Shown here: in pieces, positions 1-13,199 of the stretch
How the letters are laid out: each line of letters begins with the position of its first letter
Position numbering within the stretch: the stretch's first letter is position 1
Source of the DNA: Octopus sinensis
Lineage: Eukaryota
DNA: 64,000 bases
Direction: 5' to 3'
Assembly: GCF_006345805.1 (NCBI RefSeq)
Contig: NC_043014.1
Span: 40,610,001 to 40,674,000, forward strand
The notes under the pieces: generated by a model
What the model was told of the DNA's origin: nothing
What the model saw: the letters and a program-made list of their open reading frames with translations, nothing else
Databases searched by the model: none
Position numbers and translations under genes: made by a program

Positions 1-499
1 TTCGCAATAACAAAAACAAAAAATACAAAAAAAAAAAGAAAGAAATGTCCTTTTTAAATCTGTGGATAATTATATAGAGAAATTGATGCTGTCAAACTTC
101 ATGTATTTAGTCATCATTATAGATAACATTGATTGTTCCACTTTTTAATCAAATTTTCAGCAATATTATATATCTTCAGCTTTAGTGTTCTTTATTAAAA
201 AAAAAAAACGTTGAGCTTTTCAGAAATCATTTTTGTAAATCAAGAACTTCCTTCTTGTTAAATTTCCTTTTCCTTCAAACATAATTTTTTTTTTTTTCCA
301 AAACATATTCTTCTTTCTTCCATTTAACAATTTCTTTCTGTTTTGCATTGAATTTATATCACAAATTTCTTCCATTTGGTTTTTTTTAAAGATTAAAAAT
401 TGTAAAACATATTTCGTTATTACTATAAAACAATTTTTTTTCATATAATTTATCATTCTAATTTATAATCAATGTTCTTTGAAATGTCTAACTTTTCAC

Positions 500-568
500 C
501 TAATTTTAATTAGGGTTTTCAGCTCATTCTCATTAACCTGATGTTGTTGTTGTTGTTGTTGTCCTTCA
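500..568 (-). CDS. Candidate 69-nt symmetric exon (EGQQQQQQHQVNENELKTLIKI)
   Basis: Minus-strand acceptor ttcttgtctttgatacag and donor ag|gtgaaa. Length is divisible by 3. Could simply be a (CAA)n microsatellite with chance splice-like flanks. Confidence 0.15.
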
Positions 569-1374
569 CTGTATCAAAGACAAGAATATTTACTCTTCTT
601 TGCATTTTTTTTTTAATTATTAAATTTAGTAAATGTTTATGTTGAGAATAAGGACACAAAACAGAATTTATTTTATGGAAACAGCAACTTTGTTAATGAT
701 TTCTCCGGTTTGAGAAATCTGGGGACACAGCCAGTTTTAATTAGTCATTTATGATAATAAACAATAACAGTAACAATAACAGCTACAAATATGCTGCCAT
801 AACCAACTAATTAGTTGCTTAAAGATCAAATAACTAATGGGTTGAAATTGAACTTATTACAACATTCACTCGCTGACATATATCAACAGCTAACAGTCAC
901 TAATAAAACCACAGAGTCAATACTGTTATCTAATTTTTTTTTATTATTATTATTATTATTTTATTATTTTTATTATTGTTATTATTATTATTATTATTAT
1001 TATTTTGCCCCTGTGAAGTGGGATAATAAAATTATAAGGCAGTTTTAAAATTCCTGCTTAGATTCTATTTCCTAAGAAGAAAAGTTTTACTATGCATGTG
1101 TGTACTCGTATGCGTGTGTACGTGCATGCATATGTGCGTGCGTGTGTGTGTGCATGAATGCGTGTGTATGCATATGTGTGTGTGTGTGTGCATGTGTGTG
1201 TGTGTGTGTGTGTGCACTTGTTATGTGCTATAAAGAGCTGCATATGATGATTCTAAATAATTGGAAAAAAAAAAACCCCCAAAACTGAAGTGGTGTATAT
1301 TTGTAATTAAAATTGCATAATGCACACTGAACACAAGACATCTGCATGTGACTTGCAATTTGCCGATTGCTTAA

Positions 1375-1426
<52 letters not shown>

Positions 1427-3019
1427 ACATCATCATTTAACGTCCATGTTCCATGTTTCAGTTTTATGAAACTGAATGTCGGTCTAATGTAACTGTTCTA
1501 CACTTATGTTTAATTACAATGCCTTAGTTTTACTTTTTCCTGAAATAATTTCAACATCATTGAAAAGTGTGCAAATAATATGTATATATTTCATACATTA
1601 TTTTTATAAAGTTTAAGATATTTCTGTTGAAAAATCTATTTGCTGGTTAATCAGTCTAAGTTGTGTTACAATCTATTAGCTGCTGCTATTGATTTTCATT
1701 TAGCCTCATAGATTACTTTGTATTCAGAATCTCATCAAAATATCAACAAAACAGAACTACAATATCAGTATCTTTATAGATTAGGCTGATACTCAAACCA
1801 TTAGAGAAATGATCAGTTAAGTAAGTCAGGAGGAAATTGAAAGTGAAACAAGGTTAAATCAAAACAAACAAACAAACAAACAAAAAAATAGAATTTAATA
1901 GAGTTTTGAAATTCTGAATATATAAATATAATATAATATATCTCACCAAGATATTTACATATGTTAGATATTATTTCTATAAATATTCTCCATTCCAGTT
2001 TAACGACATCTTCATGTTTATTAAACATATAACTGGAGAGAGTTTTTAACTGCATGTATAGACATGTACATAACTCTTATGTGCACACACTTTTTTTTCA
2101 GATCTAGTTATATCACAGTTTAACACCATATAGCTGCCTCAGCTGAAAGAAAATAGTGTTGTTTGCACTATTAACAAGGTAACTTTTAAATAAACCAAAA
2201 GAAAGCCAAAAAATAAAATAAATAAATAAAATCCATCGCCAGAGATCATTTTTTTTTTGGCATTTTTTTTTTAATAACTTGTTAATCCAATGATCAAAAG
2301 AGATTATGAATTTCATAACAAATTAGATATCATAAATTTGTTTGGACTATTGACTTCATCTTTAGAGATGAAAAGAAATGTAATATTTACATCTACACCA
2401 TGTTTTGAGAAGTTTCATCTCAGATTGTCATCGAGTATCTCATTCATAGCACCAGGCTAGATTCAGACCAGATTTTGAATCTCGTATAAACCTAGTTTGG
2501 TGCTATGTGCACAAACAGGATGATGATCAGAGATAAGCTAATAAAAATATAGTGAGATATAAATATTGAGGAAAAAAAAAAAATTTCATTTCTAAAGTTG
2601 CGATCTATTTCAAAATACTTGAGTTTTATGGCAAAAACTCATCTCAGACATTTTGATATTTAAATTAGATATCATATGCTGCTTTGCATAATAAATTATT
2701 ACTAACAGTATATAGATACAAGAAGAGAACGATTTGTATTGTGGTGTCTTGCATTGGGTACAAACACTGAAAAATAAGTCGTCATCAATGTTCATCGTTA
2801 TAATTTTGAAAAAATATTTGAAAAATATTTGTACATCAGTTAAGATATACAAACTTATGCAAGTTAGTTCCAGTTATACAATTATTTGCATATATGACAT
2901 TAAGAATTCAAAATTCCTAATAGGGACTAAATTCAAGAAAGAACTTTTATACGAATGAATTTCTAATTGCGATAGAGATATCTGTTTACAAGTTCTGTCA
3001 ATTAATTTTATGTGTTCCA

Positions 3020-3053
<34 letters not shown>

Positions 3054-3202
3054 CACACACACATATATATATATACATATACATATATCTGTGTGTGTAT
3101 ATATATATTTACATATATGTATACATAACATATATGATATTATGTATATTATATATATAAATACACTATGTATACATTATATATAATATTATATACTATT
3201 AC

Positions 3203-3233
<31 letters not shown>

Positions 3234-3269
3234 GTTATATATTATTTTATATACTTATTTGATATATAC

Positions 3270-3319
<50 letters not shown>

Positions 3320-3825
3320 TTAATAGAATCATAAGATATGCATATAAAATATACATGTTATAAACATAGTCTATGATATGGATGTTCAATAAATATTTGT
3401 CATTTCTACTGTAATATTTCCCATTTTCGTTTGATGATTCAGTAAGGTGTAAAATGTAGAAAAGAGAGGCTCAGACAAAAAAATAATATAGGGATGACAA
3501 AATCATCAGTAGGAACAGCTACGCTTTGTTTACTAAGTACAAACAAGTGACAGTGTTTAACATGTCAAAGAAGATATACATACACACACACACACATACA
3601 TACATACATACATACATACATACATACATACATACATACATACATACATACATACAAATAGAGGCATGCACACACACATATCTCACATATATATACATAT
3701 TACATATGTGTGTGTGTGTATATATATATATATCCATATATATGTATGTATATATACTACTTATATACGTTATACACTCATATATGTACATGCATACATA
3801 TGTACAATCAACACACACATATAGG

Positions 3826-3902
<77 letters not shown>

Positions 3903-4205
3903 CAGATATATATATATTACATATATATCATATATACATACATATATATATATTACGTATAGATTACTATACATACATATGCATGTATAGTAATCTTTTA
4001 CTATTTTCTATTTACAAATACATGTATATATATATATATGCATATATATGTACATATCCATACACATATATACATACATACATATATATATTTAATATAC
4101 ATACATATATATATATCATATACATAGTACATATACATAGTATCATATACATAGTACATATAATATATGCCAAATATTATATATATATATTATATTATAT
4201 ATAAT
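3020..4205. repeat. Compound (TA)n/(TACA)n/(CA)n microsatellite field
   Basis: Direct reading; source of the YI-repeat ORFs. Confidence 0.95.
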
Positions 4206-4294
4206 TTTAATCCAAACGGGAAACAAAAAAACAACAACAATGGAACAATTACAGTATTATTATTAATAGGCGCTCAGGAAAAGGAAGCAGGGAG

Positions 4295-4331
4295 GTATGA
4301 CGTTTCGAGCGGAGCTCTTCGTCGGAAACAT
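4295..4331 (-). ncRNA. Degenerate minimal hammerhead-like motif (Penelope-type terminal-repeat remnant)
   Basis: Minus strand reads gttt CCGACGA a GAGC tcc GCTC GAAA cGTC atac. The core has a U4C variant, stem II is 4 bp, stem III is the palindrome ACGT with no loop, the triplet is GUC, and stem I is weak (3 of 4 pairs). Confidence 0.4.
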
Positions 4332-5509
4332 AAAGAAGGAAGAGAGAGGAAAGAAAGATCCCAGAGCGGGCAACATATATATATTAAATATATGTACACA
4401 CACATTATACACATAGACTATCTTGTTTGCATGCTCTGACCCACATCAACATGCACTCACACGCTTGCATACACAACAAACACAGACACAGACTTACACA
4501 CACATATGTGTTTGCAATTGGCTGATTTGGAATTTACTGATAGAAGAGGGAAGAAAAGTTTGATCATATATCTCTATGCTACTGACTTCAACTTGGGTTT
4601 ACATATACTACAAGAATAATACCAATATTCACTTGCAAATGCTACTAATATCCATGTGGCCGAACAATATTCACATTAAGAGAGAACAATTTTAAGAGAG
4701 AGTATGAAAAAAAGCTGAAGATAGATAAGATTCTTTTTGACAGATTGAAGGTCGAAGAAAGGTTTTAGAACTGAAGAATTTGAATAACTATATTTTCTTT
4801 TATAAAAAAAAGCAAGATGAAGAACTTAGATATTATATATATATATACATATATATATATACATATTAGTACAACTTGCTTGGCACCATGGTCATTTTGG
4901 GGATTCAGTTGTCTTTTGAATGCAGGATGTTTTCTTTCAACAACCTTTGTTTCTCTGAAAAAAAACGAAGAAGAAAAAAGAAGAATTATTTAGTTTATTA
5001 AAGTGAAAGAAACTATTGTACAGAGAATGAATTATAAAGATCCAAAATTAGGGTCTTTTTTATCTTATATATTTCAGCCATTAGATGCTGCCATTTTAGT
5101 CGAATGTATCAACCCTAGTACTTATTTTTTTAGAGCCTAGTACTTATTCTATCAGCTACTTTTGCCAAACTGCTAAGTTACAGGGATGTAAATACACCAA
5201 CACCAGTTGTCAAGCAGTGAAAGTGGACACAAAGACACACACACATATGATAGGCTTCTTCCAGTTTCTGTCTACCAAATCCATTTACTAGGCTTTGGTC
5301 AGCCTGAGGCTATAGTAGAAGACACTTTCTCACACTTTCCCAAGGGGCCATGCAGTGAGACTGAACCTTGGACCATGTTAATTTATCAAATTTAAGATCT
5401 AATTGCCTTTCATATTAAAAGGTATATTATTTAAAAACATAAAGACACTTGATTTTTGTTTGAAAATAAAATTGTAATTCAATTAAAATTAATTCTTTAT
5501 GTTAAATAA

Positions 5510-6027
5510 GCGTGGAGGTGCGTGGCTTAGTGGTTAGGGTGTCAGCATCATAATCTTAAGATTGTGGTTTCGATTCCTGGACCGGGCGATGTGTTGTGTT
5601 CTTGAGCAAAACACTTCCTTTCACGTTGCTCTAGTCCACTCCGATGGCAAAAATGAGTAACGTTGCGATGGACCGGCATCCTGTCCAGCTGGGGGAACAC
5701 ATATACCATAGAAACCGGGAAGCTGTGCCCATGAGCCTGGCTAGGCTTTAAAAGGGTGCATTTATTTGTGGCGGCACATGGCTTAGTGGTTAGGGTGTCA
5801 GCATCATGATCATAAGATTGTGGTTTCAATTCCTGGACTAGGCGACGTGTTGTGTTCTTGACAAAAACAATTCATTTCACGTTGCTCTAGTCCACTCAGC
5901 TGGCAAAAATGAGTAACGCTGCAATGGACTGGCATCCCGTCTTGCTGGGGAACACATATGCCATAGAAACCGGGAAACCGGGCCCATGAGCCTGGCTAGG
6001 CTTTAAAAGAGCGCATTTATGATTTTA
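5510..6027 (+). mobile_element. Head-to-tail dimer of a tRNA-derived SINE (family B) with one 15-bp TSD
   Basis: Box A-like tggcttagtggttagg and box B-like ggtttcgattcc in both units. TSD tttatgttaaataag at 5496-5510 and 6028-6042. Confidence 0.85.
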
Positions 6028-7984
6028 TTTATGTTAAATAAGTGCAGGCATGGCTGTGTGGTTAGTAGTTTTGTCCTTGGTTGTCCTTGCACTCAGGCTG
6101 TCCTGTGCATGCCCCTCCAGCTGAGCATTCCTAACCTTGAGATCTCATGCATGTTGGTGTCATGCAAAAAGCACTGTACTGGTGCCACATAAATGCATCC
6201 ACATTGGTGTTGTGTAAAAACACCCAGTACACTCTGTAAATTGGTTGGCATTAGGAAGAGCACCCAGTTGTAGAAATCATGTCAAAACAGACACGGGGCC
6301 AAGGCAGCTCTTCATATGGTCAGTTCCTATTTCGTTATTACCCACAAGGGGCTAAACATAGAGGGGACAAACAAAGACAGACATAGGTATTAAGTCGATT
6401 ACATCAACCCAGTGCATAACTGGTACTTAATTTATCGACCCCGAAAGGATGAAAGGCAAAGTTGACCTTGGTGGAATTTGAACTCACAACGTAACGACAG
6501 ACGAAATACGGCTATGCATTTCGCCCGGCGTGCTAATGTTTCTGCCAGCTCATTCCTGTCAAAATGAGCAACCAATGCCAGTATGGAAAATGGATGTTAA
6601 ATGATGATGATGGTGATAATCACTAAAAATGGTTAGAGCAGTGAACTGGCATTTCACCCCTCTTCATGTTCTAAGTTCAAATTCTGCTGAGGTCAACTTT
6701 GCCTTTCATCCTTTTGGGTTTGAAAAAACTAGTACCAGTTGAACACAGGGTTTAATATAATTGCCTTATCTCTCCCCTGAAATTGCTGGCCTTGTTCCAA
6801 AATTTGAAATCAATATTATCAAAAATACTTTTTTTTATAAAAAATAATTCCTGAGCCGTACAACTCATAAGGCTAGTTACCCTGTTTCTATGGTATTACT
6901 CACCTCACCTGTGCCTATGTCACATAAAAAGCACTAAGTCCATTCTGCTGAGTGGTTGGTGTTAGGAAGGGCACCCAGCTGTAAAAATCCTGCCAAAACA
7001 GTTACAAAAGTCTGGTGCAGGCTTCAGCCTGGCCGGCTCTTGTGAAACCATCCCACCCATGCTAGTATGGAACATGGACGATAAATGATGATAATGATGT
7101 TGATGATGAGTAATGAAGTTCACAACATCACTCTTGAATAGGACATCTGTTTGTTACAATGTTCAATGTTCAAGGCCAGCAGTTTTAAAGGAAAGGGATG
7201 AATCATTTACATTGATCCTGATACTTTATTTTAACGACCCGAAGGGATAAAAAGAAAAGTTGGCCTTGGCAGGATTTGAATTCAAATTGTTGGAAGAAAT
7301 GACTACCAAACATTTTATCCAACATATTAATGATTCTACCAGCTCACCACCTTCTAATTACAGTATTTCAAAATTATTCAAAAACCAATAAATATTCTGT
7401 TACCTCTGCTTAGATTCGCAATAGTAGACTGTTTGCGTAGGAATTCAAAACACAATTCTCTGCTTAATCCAAATGATTTCATATTACATGTAAAAGTCCT
7501 GCAAGAGAAATGTTATAACATATAAAGCACCAGGCCATGTTATATGGAAACAATAAACAGAATAAACCTGTTTGTAACAATAAGTTCTAATTCATTATGG
7601 ATTGTCACCATTGTACAAACATAATCACTCTACAATAATATTAGAAATTTACATATTTTTATAAACTTTTTAATACAGTCAGCTAAAAAATCTCATTAAT
7701 TAAAGTTCCATGTAATGAGCAGCAAAATGAACAAAACGATTGTTCTAATTATATATACATATATATATATAACAAATTAATAAATAAAACATATGCATAT
7801 ATACATACATATATGTACGTACCTACATCTACATGTATATATACATGCATATATGGGTACAGGACACCAAAAAAAACGTCGAACACAATGAGAAACAAAA
7901 ACATAAACACAAAACCAAAGAACTGGACATTTTTCTTAAACAACGAAAAAATAGAATACAGGACAAATAATACAAGGAAAATTC

Positions 7985-8090
7985 CCCTTCTTCAGTCGCC
8001 ATGGTTTCATCTACTCTGCGTTTCGAAGGTGAAGGCGAGACGCAACTTCGACTGAAACATTCCTTCCCGCGAAAAGCAAATTAAATAAAA
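7985..8090 (-). promoter_or_regulatory. CpG-enriched patch, candidate TSS / first exon (aaaccATGGCGACTGAAGAAG, MATEE...)
   Basis: Cluster of CpGs not assignable to any repeat family recognised here. Kozak-like ATG on the minus strand at 8000-8002; the overlapping plus-strand ATG at 8001 also has good context and a possible donor AG|GTGAAG at 8028/8029. Orientation unresolved. Confidence 0.3.
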
Positions 8091-8716
8091 TTTGAGATTT
8101 TTTTTGTGGAGGGGTAAAAATGGTAACAAAAACAGGACAGTAACGACAGTTCAAAATATAAACAGTAAAAGACAGGACAAGGAGAATAACAGTAACACAG
8201 ACAAGAAGGGCTGTTAAGCCAAACAAGATAAAATATTATGAACGCTATTTTATATCAAGTGAAAGAAGAGTTCAAGAAGAACAGAACATTTAAAGAATAA
8301 ATCCTTTCCTGTCTCCAAAGAAAATATATATATATAAATAAGCAAACTAATTTGTATTAAATACTTTACCCAAGTTGACCAAAGGTGACATTCTCCTGAA
8401 ATTCACTGTCATCTACCTTCTCTTCCGATGCTTCCTCACTGGTTTAAATAAAACAAAATATACATTTTATACACCTTATCATCAAAGTAAAAATGTTCAG
8501 AAAATAGAATGGAAAAAGCTCAACAGGTATGGCTGGGTGGTAAGAAGCTTGCTTACCAACCACATGGTTCTAGGTTCTGTTCCCCTGCATGACACTTTGG
8601 GCAAATGTCTTCAGGATGACCAAAACCTTGTCAGTGGATTTGATAGACAGAAACTGAAAGAAGCCTATCATATATACATATATATATATATAAATGTATG
8701 TATATATATATGTATA

Positions 8717-9229
8717 TCTATATATATAAAACTGTAGTTGTGTGAGTGTCTGTCCCCTTCGATTTAGATTCCTAACTACTCCCACATTTTGCGGTGCAGT
8801 TTAACCAAATTTGGATATCTTATAGTCGTGATTCATATCGAGCCCGTCTGAGTATTAGCGCACATCTACGATGAGTCTACGATTTTAAAAATAATTTAAC
8901 ATCATTTTTTATTCCATTTTAATGCATAATTTTTCATGTGTCGATGACGGCGGAGTTGGCGTCCATGGTCACACCTGCACCTGTTTGCTTCTCCCCCTTC
9001 TTCCCTCCCTCGTGAAGCTGTGGGGAAGGGAGTGTAAGGAAATCAACGTCGTAAAGCGTTGTCAAGGAGACCAGCGTTCTTTTAGAACAACGACTTCATG
9101 GCTTGAAGACACCAAAACAGAAATGGCTAAGAAAGCCCGAATTGGCATCTATAAGGGAAGTAACTCTCTAAAAATGCTTATATAGTTATTTCCCTTACAA
9201 ACCCAAGCAACGCCGGGCGATACTGCTAG
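8717..9229 (+). mobile_element. Non-autonomous Helitron
   Basis: A|TC start (tctatatatataaaa), CTAG|T end, subterminal GC-rich stretch cccaagcaacgccggg, no TSD, inserted at an AT inside a (TA)n tract. Confidence 0.75.
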
Positions 9230-9303
<74 letters not shown>

Positions 9304-9315
9304 TATATATATATG

Positions 9316-9365
<50 letters not shown>

Positions 9366-9604
9366 TATACATACATACATATATATACATATATATATAC
9401 ATATATAGATAGATATACAAATAAGATGATAATAAAGTGGAAAACAAACAGCCATGTAAGGGTAATTTACTCAATGCTTCTGCTGTCCTAACGGCATCTC
9501 TGCATTCGAAAATAAATTGCTATCTTATTTGTATCTATATATATATTTTGGTGCCTATAAAAAACACAAATTTTTTTTTTATATCTATATACTCACACAC
9601 ACAC

Positions 9605-9651
<47 letters not shown>

Positions 9652-10361
9652 AACATTTATATATATATATATACACACACACATACGTGTGTGTGTGTGT
9701 GTCAGTGTTTGTCCCTGTCCATCACTTGACAACCAGTGTTGGTGTGTTTATGTCCCCATAACTTAGCAGATCAGCAATCAAGACCGATAGAATAAGTACT
9801 AAGTTTAAAACAAATAATAAGTCATGGGGATTGATTTGTTCGACTAAAACCCTTCAAGGCAGTGTTCCAGCATGGTCGCAGTCAAATGAATTAAACAAGT
9901 AAATGATAAAAGATACATGTATCCCATTTTTGTATTTAGTTTGCAAAATTCTTTATGTGAGCTCATGTGTTGAAAAAGATTCTGTTGTATGTTGGGAGGG
10001 TCATTATGCCAATAATGCCACTTCTTTATTATTTATTTGTTAACTTGTTAACAATTTAACCAATCAACTTTTCAACTACTTGATGAATCATTTGGTCAAT
10101 CAGGCAGTCAATTAGGTTTGTCTTTCATGAGGTCATGAATGGTGACAAATGGACTTTGACAAGATGGGTCAATACCTAGAAACTGCAGTCCGTGCGTATC
10201 ACTTAGGTTGACGAGGGAAGGATGACCTCCTTTTGCAAATACCTTAGGGCACAGAAAGTGTGCCTAAAGCCAGCTAGAGGAGATGTTCTCCTGGGGCTAC
10301 AAGCTACAGTAACACCCACCCTTCGAGGTTAGCCATGTTGAGATGGCAAATATACCTCACA

Positions 10362-11297
10362 TTGTCATGCAGTTACTGTTTATAATTCATTCAGAGATTT
10401 ATTATAACTGGTCAATAGATTAACCAAATGGTTAACCAAATGATCAATTAGTTAATTGGTTGAATAGCTAACCAATTAACAAATAATAAAGAAGTGAAGA
10501 GAACCATGTTTATAATTCTTTACAGTTCCTCATAATTAATGTTCATTTGTGACTGAAAATGTTTGTAAACATTCATTATATCATGCTATACGTTGTGTTT
10601 TGTATGAACTATAACTTCCATTTTCAGGTAAGATATGAATTTTTATTACGGAGATATACTTGCATAGCAAATGATTTGATCTGAGATCGTGTGCTGAAAC
10701 GAAAACAATTGCAGCGTGGAAGGTGTTTGTAAGCCATTTAAGAAACACACAAAAGCCGTTCGATTCACTTCAACATTTAAGTTTAATTTGTCAAAATATT
10801 TTCGTTGCTTTAAGACCGCGACCTGATTTTTGTCAGTGAACAGGTCGCGGTCTTAGACGAAAATATTTTGACAAATTAAACTTAAATGTTGAAGTGAATC
10901 GAATGGCTTTTGTGTGTTTCTTAAATAGCTTACAAACACCTTCCACGCTGCAATTGTTTTCATTTCAGCACACAGTCTCAGATCAAATCACTTGCTATGC
11001 AAGTATATCTCCGTAATAAAAATTCATATCTTACCTGAAAATGGAAGTTATAATTCATACAAAACACAACGTATAGCACATGATGAATGTTTACAAACAT
11101 TTTCAGTCACAAATGAACATTAATTATGAGGAACTGTAAAGAATTATAAACATGGTTCTCTTCACTTCTTTATTATTTCTTAATTGGTTAGCTATTCAAC
11201 CAATTAACTAATTGAATGTTTGGTTAACCATTTGGCTAATCTATTGACCAGTTATAATAAATCTCTGAATGAGGTATAAACAGTAACTGCATGACAA
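10362..11297. repeat. Giant imperfect palindrome (~460-bp arms, 15-nt loop 10826-10840)
   Basis: ttgtcatgcagttactgttt... versus ...aaacagtaactgcatgacaa; centre taagaccgcgacctg/caggtcgcggtctta. Confidence 0.95.
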
Positions 11298-11584
11298 ATT
11301 AAACTTAAATGTTGAAGTGAATCGAACGGCTTTTGTGTGTTTCTTAAATGGCTTACAAACATCTTCCACGCTGCAATTGTTTATGAATTTTTAGTTTATA
11401 CTTTAATGAAAATAACAGCTTACCTAGTGCAAACTGGTCTTCTTGCTCGCTCACATTGAACTGCATCAAAGAAAGCAGCATTCCAGAATCGCAAGGAGTG
11501 CCAGATCGGTTGTTCACGGAGGAAAGTGTATAGAAAACACTTCGCTACTGCCGTTTTCGATCCAAACTGGCGATCTATTTGAAA

Positions 11585-11850
11585 TAAAAATGAAAAATTG
11601 AAATAAAAATATAATAAAAAATTGAAATAAAAATATAATAAAAAATTGAAATAAAAATATTAAAAAAAATTGAAATAAAAATATATAAAAAAATTGAAAT
11701 AAAAATAAAATAAAAAATTGAAATAAAAATATAATAAAAAATTGAAATAAAAATATAATAAAAAATTGAAATAAAAATATAATAAAAAATTGAAATAAAA
11801 ATATAATAAAAAATTGAAATAAAAATATAATAAAAAAATTGAAATAAAAA
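11585..11850. repeat. AT-rich minisatellite, 24-bp unit aaaaattgaaataaaaatataata x ~11
   Basis: Direct reading; it explains the FISIFYYI-repeat ORF at 11575-11922. Confidence 0.95.
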
Positions 11851-12304
11851 AAAACAGTTTAATTGCAGAAACATTTTTTTTACCACAGAAGCAAATTTAA
11901 ACATAAAGTGTTTAACAGTCATTCACATTATTATTATATATTAATTCAAATTTTCCTCTTTATGGAAAGTTTGTGATGGATTTCTTTTGAGAAAGGAATT
12001 CATGAAATAAAAATCATCTTCAAATTAGAAGCCTTAAAGGGTTTGTGATTTGTTATGATTGTACTCTACAAGCACAAAGAAGGTACACTTTGAGTAATTT
12101 TCTGTTATTTAAATGAATCAAGCACGAAAGCATGAAATATTAAATAATTTAAAGAGACAGAACAGAAACTATGATACGTATATACTCCTCACACATACTA
12201 TTAGTATTATAAGGGAAATTAAATAATTACCATTAGAGATTGAAATAGCATTTTTGATTAGGTTCATACAAAGTATATTTTCTGCTTTATAGTGCCTACG
12301 TATA

Positions 12305-12432
12305 CAGCCACATGGTTCGGGGTTCAGTCTCACTGCGTGGCACCTTGGGCAAATGTCTTCTAGTATAGCCTCGGGCTGACCAAAGCCTTGTGAGTGGATT
12401 TGGTAGATGGAAGCTGTAAGCAGCCCGTCGTA

Positions 12433-12476
<44 letters not shown>

Positions 12477-12710
12477 AGTGTGTGTGTGTGTGCTTGTGTG
12501 TCTGTTTTTGTTCCCCCAACATCACTTGATAACTGATGCTGGTGTGTTTACATCCCCGTAACATAGCGGTTCGGCAAAAGAGACCGATAGAATAAGTACT
12601 AGGCTTACAAAGAATAAGTCCTAGGGTCGATTTGCTCGACTAAAGGTGGTGCTCCAGCATGGCCGCAGTCAAATGACTGAAACAAGTAAAAGAGAAAAGA
12701 GAGAGAGAGT
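12305..12710 (+). mobile_element. SINE family A, nearly full length
   Basis: Aligns by eye with 54661-55077. Other partial copies: ~5070-5390(-), 8523-8700(+), 9690-9915(+), 27790-27945(-), 63730-63925(-). Confidence 0.85.
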
Positions 12711-13199
12711 GACATATTGCATTATTATAACTGAACTTCTCCCACTTGAACCAGACAATTTAAATATATACAGTGACATATGGATGGCTGGATGGATGGA
12801 TGGATGGATGGATGGTAATGTCTTGTAGGCTGAGGAAAATGAGTCTGCAATTTCTTCCTGATAAACCTGTGCAAATGACTTGCTTTTGTAATCAAATCTA
12901 TGTTCTGTACATTAGCTCATTCTCTCTATCAAATCGACATTACCTGAACAGGTGCACGGTGTACTCACACATCAGGTGTTGAAGTGATCGCGGAGCATGA
13001 GATGAAGTGTTTTGCTCAAGAACACAATGAACCATCTGGTCCAGGAATTGAAACCACAATCTTGTGGTCATGAATGCAACACATTACACCATGAACCTTT
13101 GACTCAATGACATTTACATTGAATATATTATCACCCGTGTTTTGTGTATCCTCTCCAATAGATTGTGCATTGATTAATATTCCCAGTCCTTCTTCAAGA

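Noticed and set aside
5510-5590. tRNA genes at SINE heads
   Set aside because: A/B boxes are present, but there is no closed cloverleaf or acceptor stem and each continues into a SINE body.
11030-11085. CTGAAAATGG...ACAAAAC..GTA in the palindrome arm as a hammerhead
   Set aside because: Both core boxes are mutated and no stem I forms; at most a hint of ancestry.
11575-11922. 115-aa FISIFYYI-repeat ORF
   Set aside because: Translation of a 24-bp AT minisatellite.
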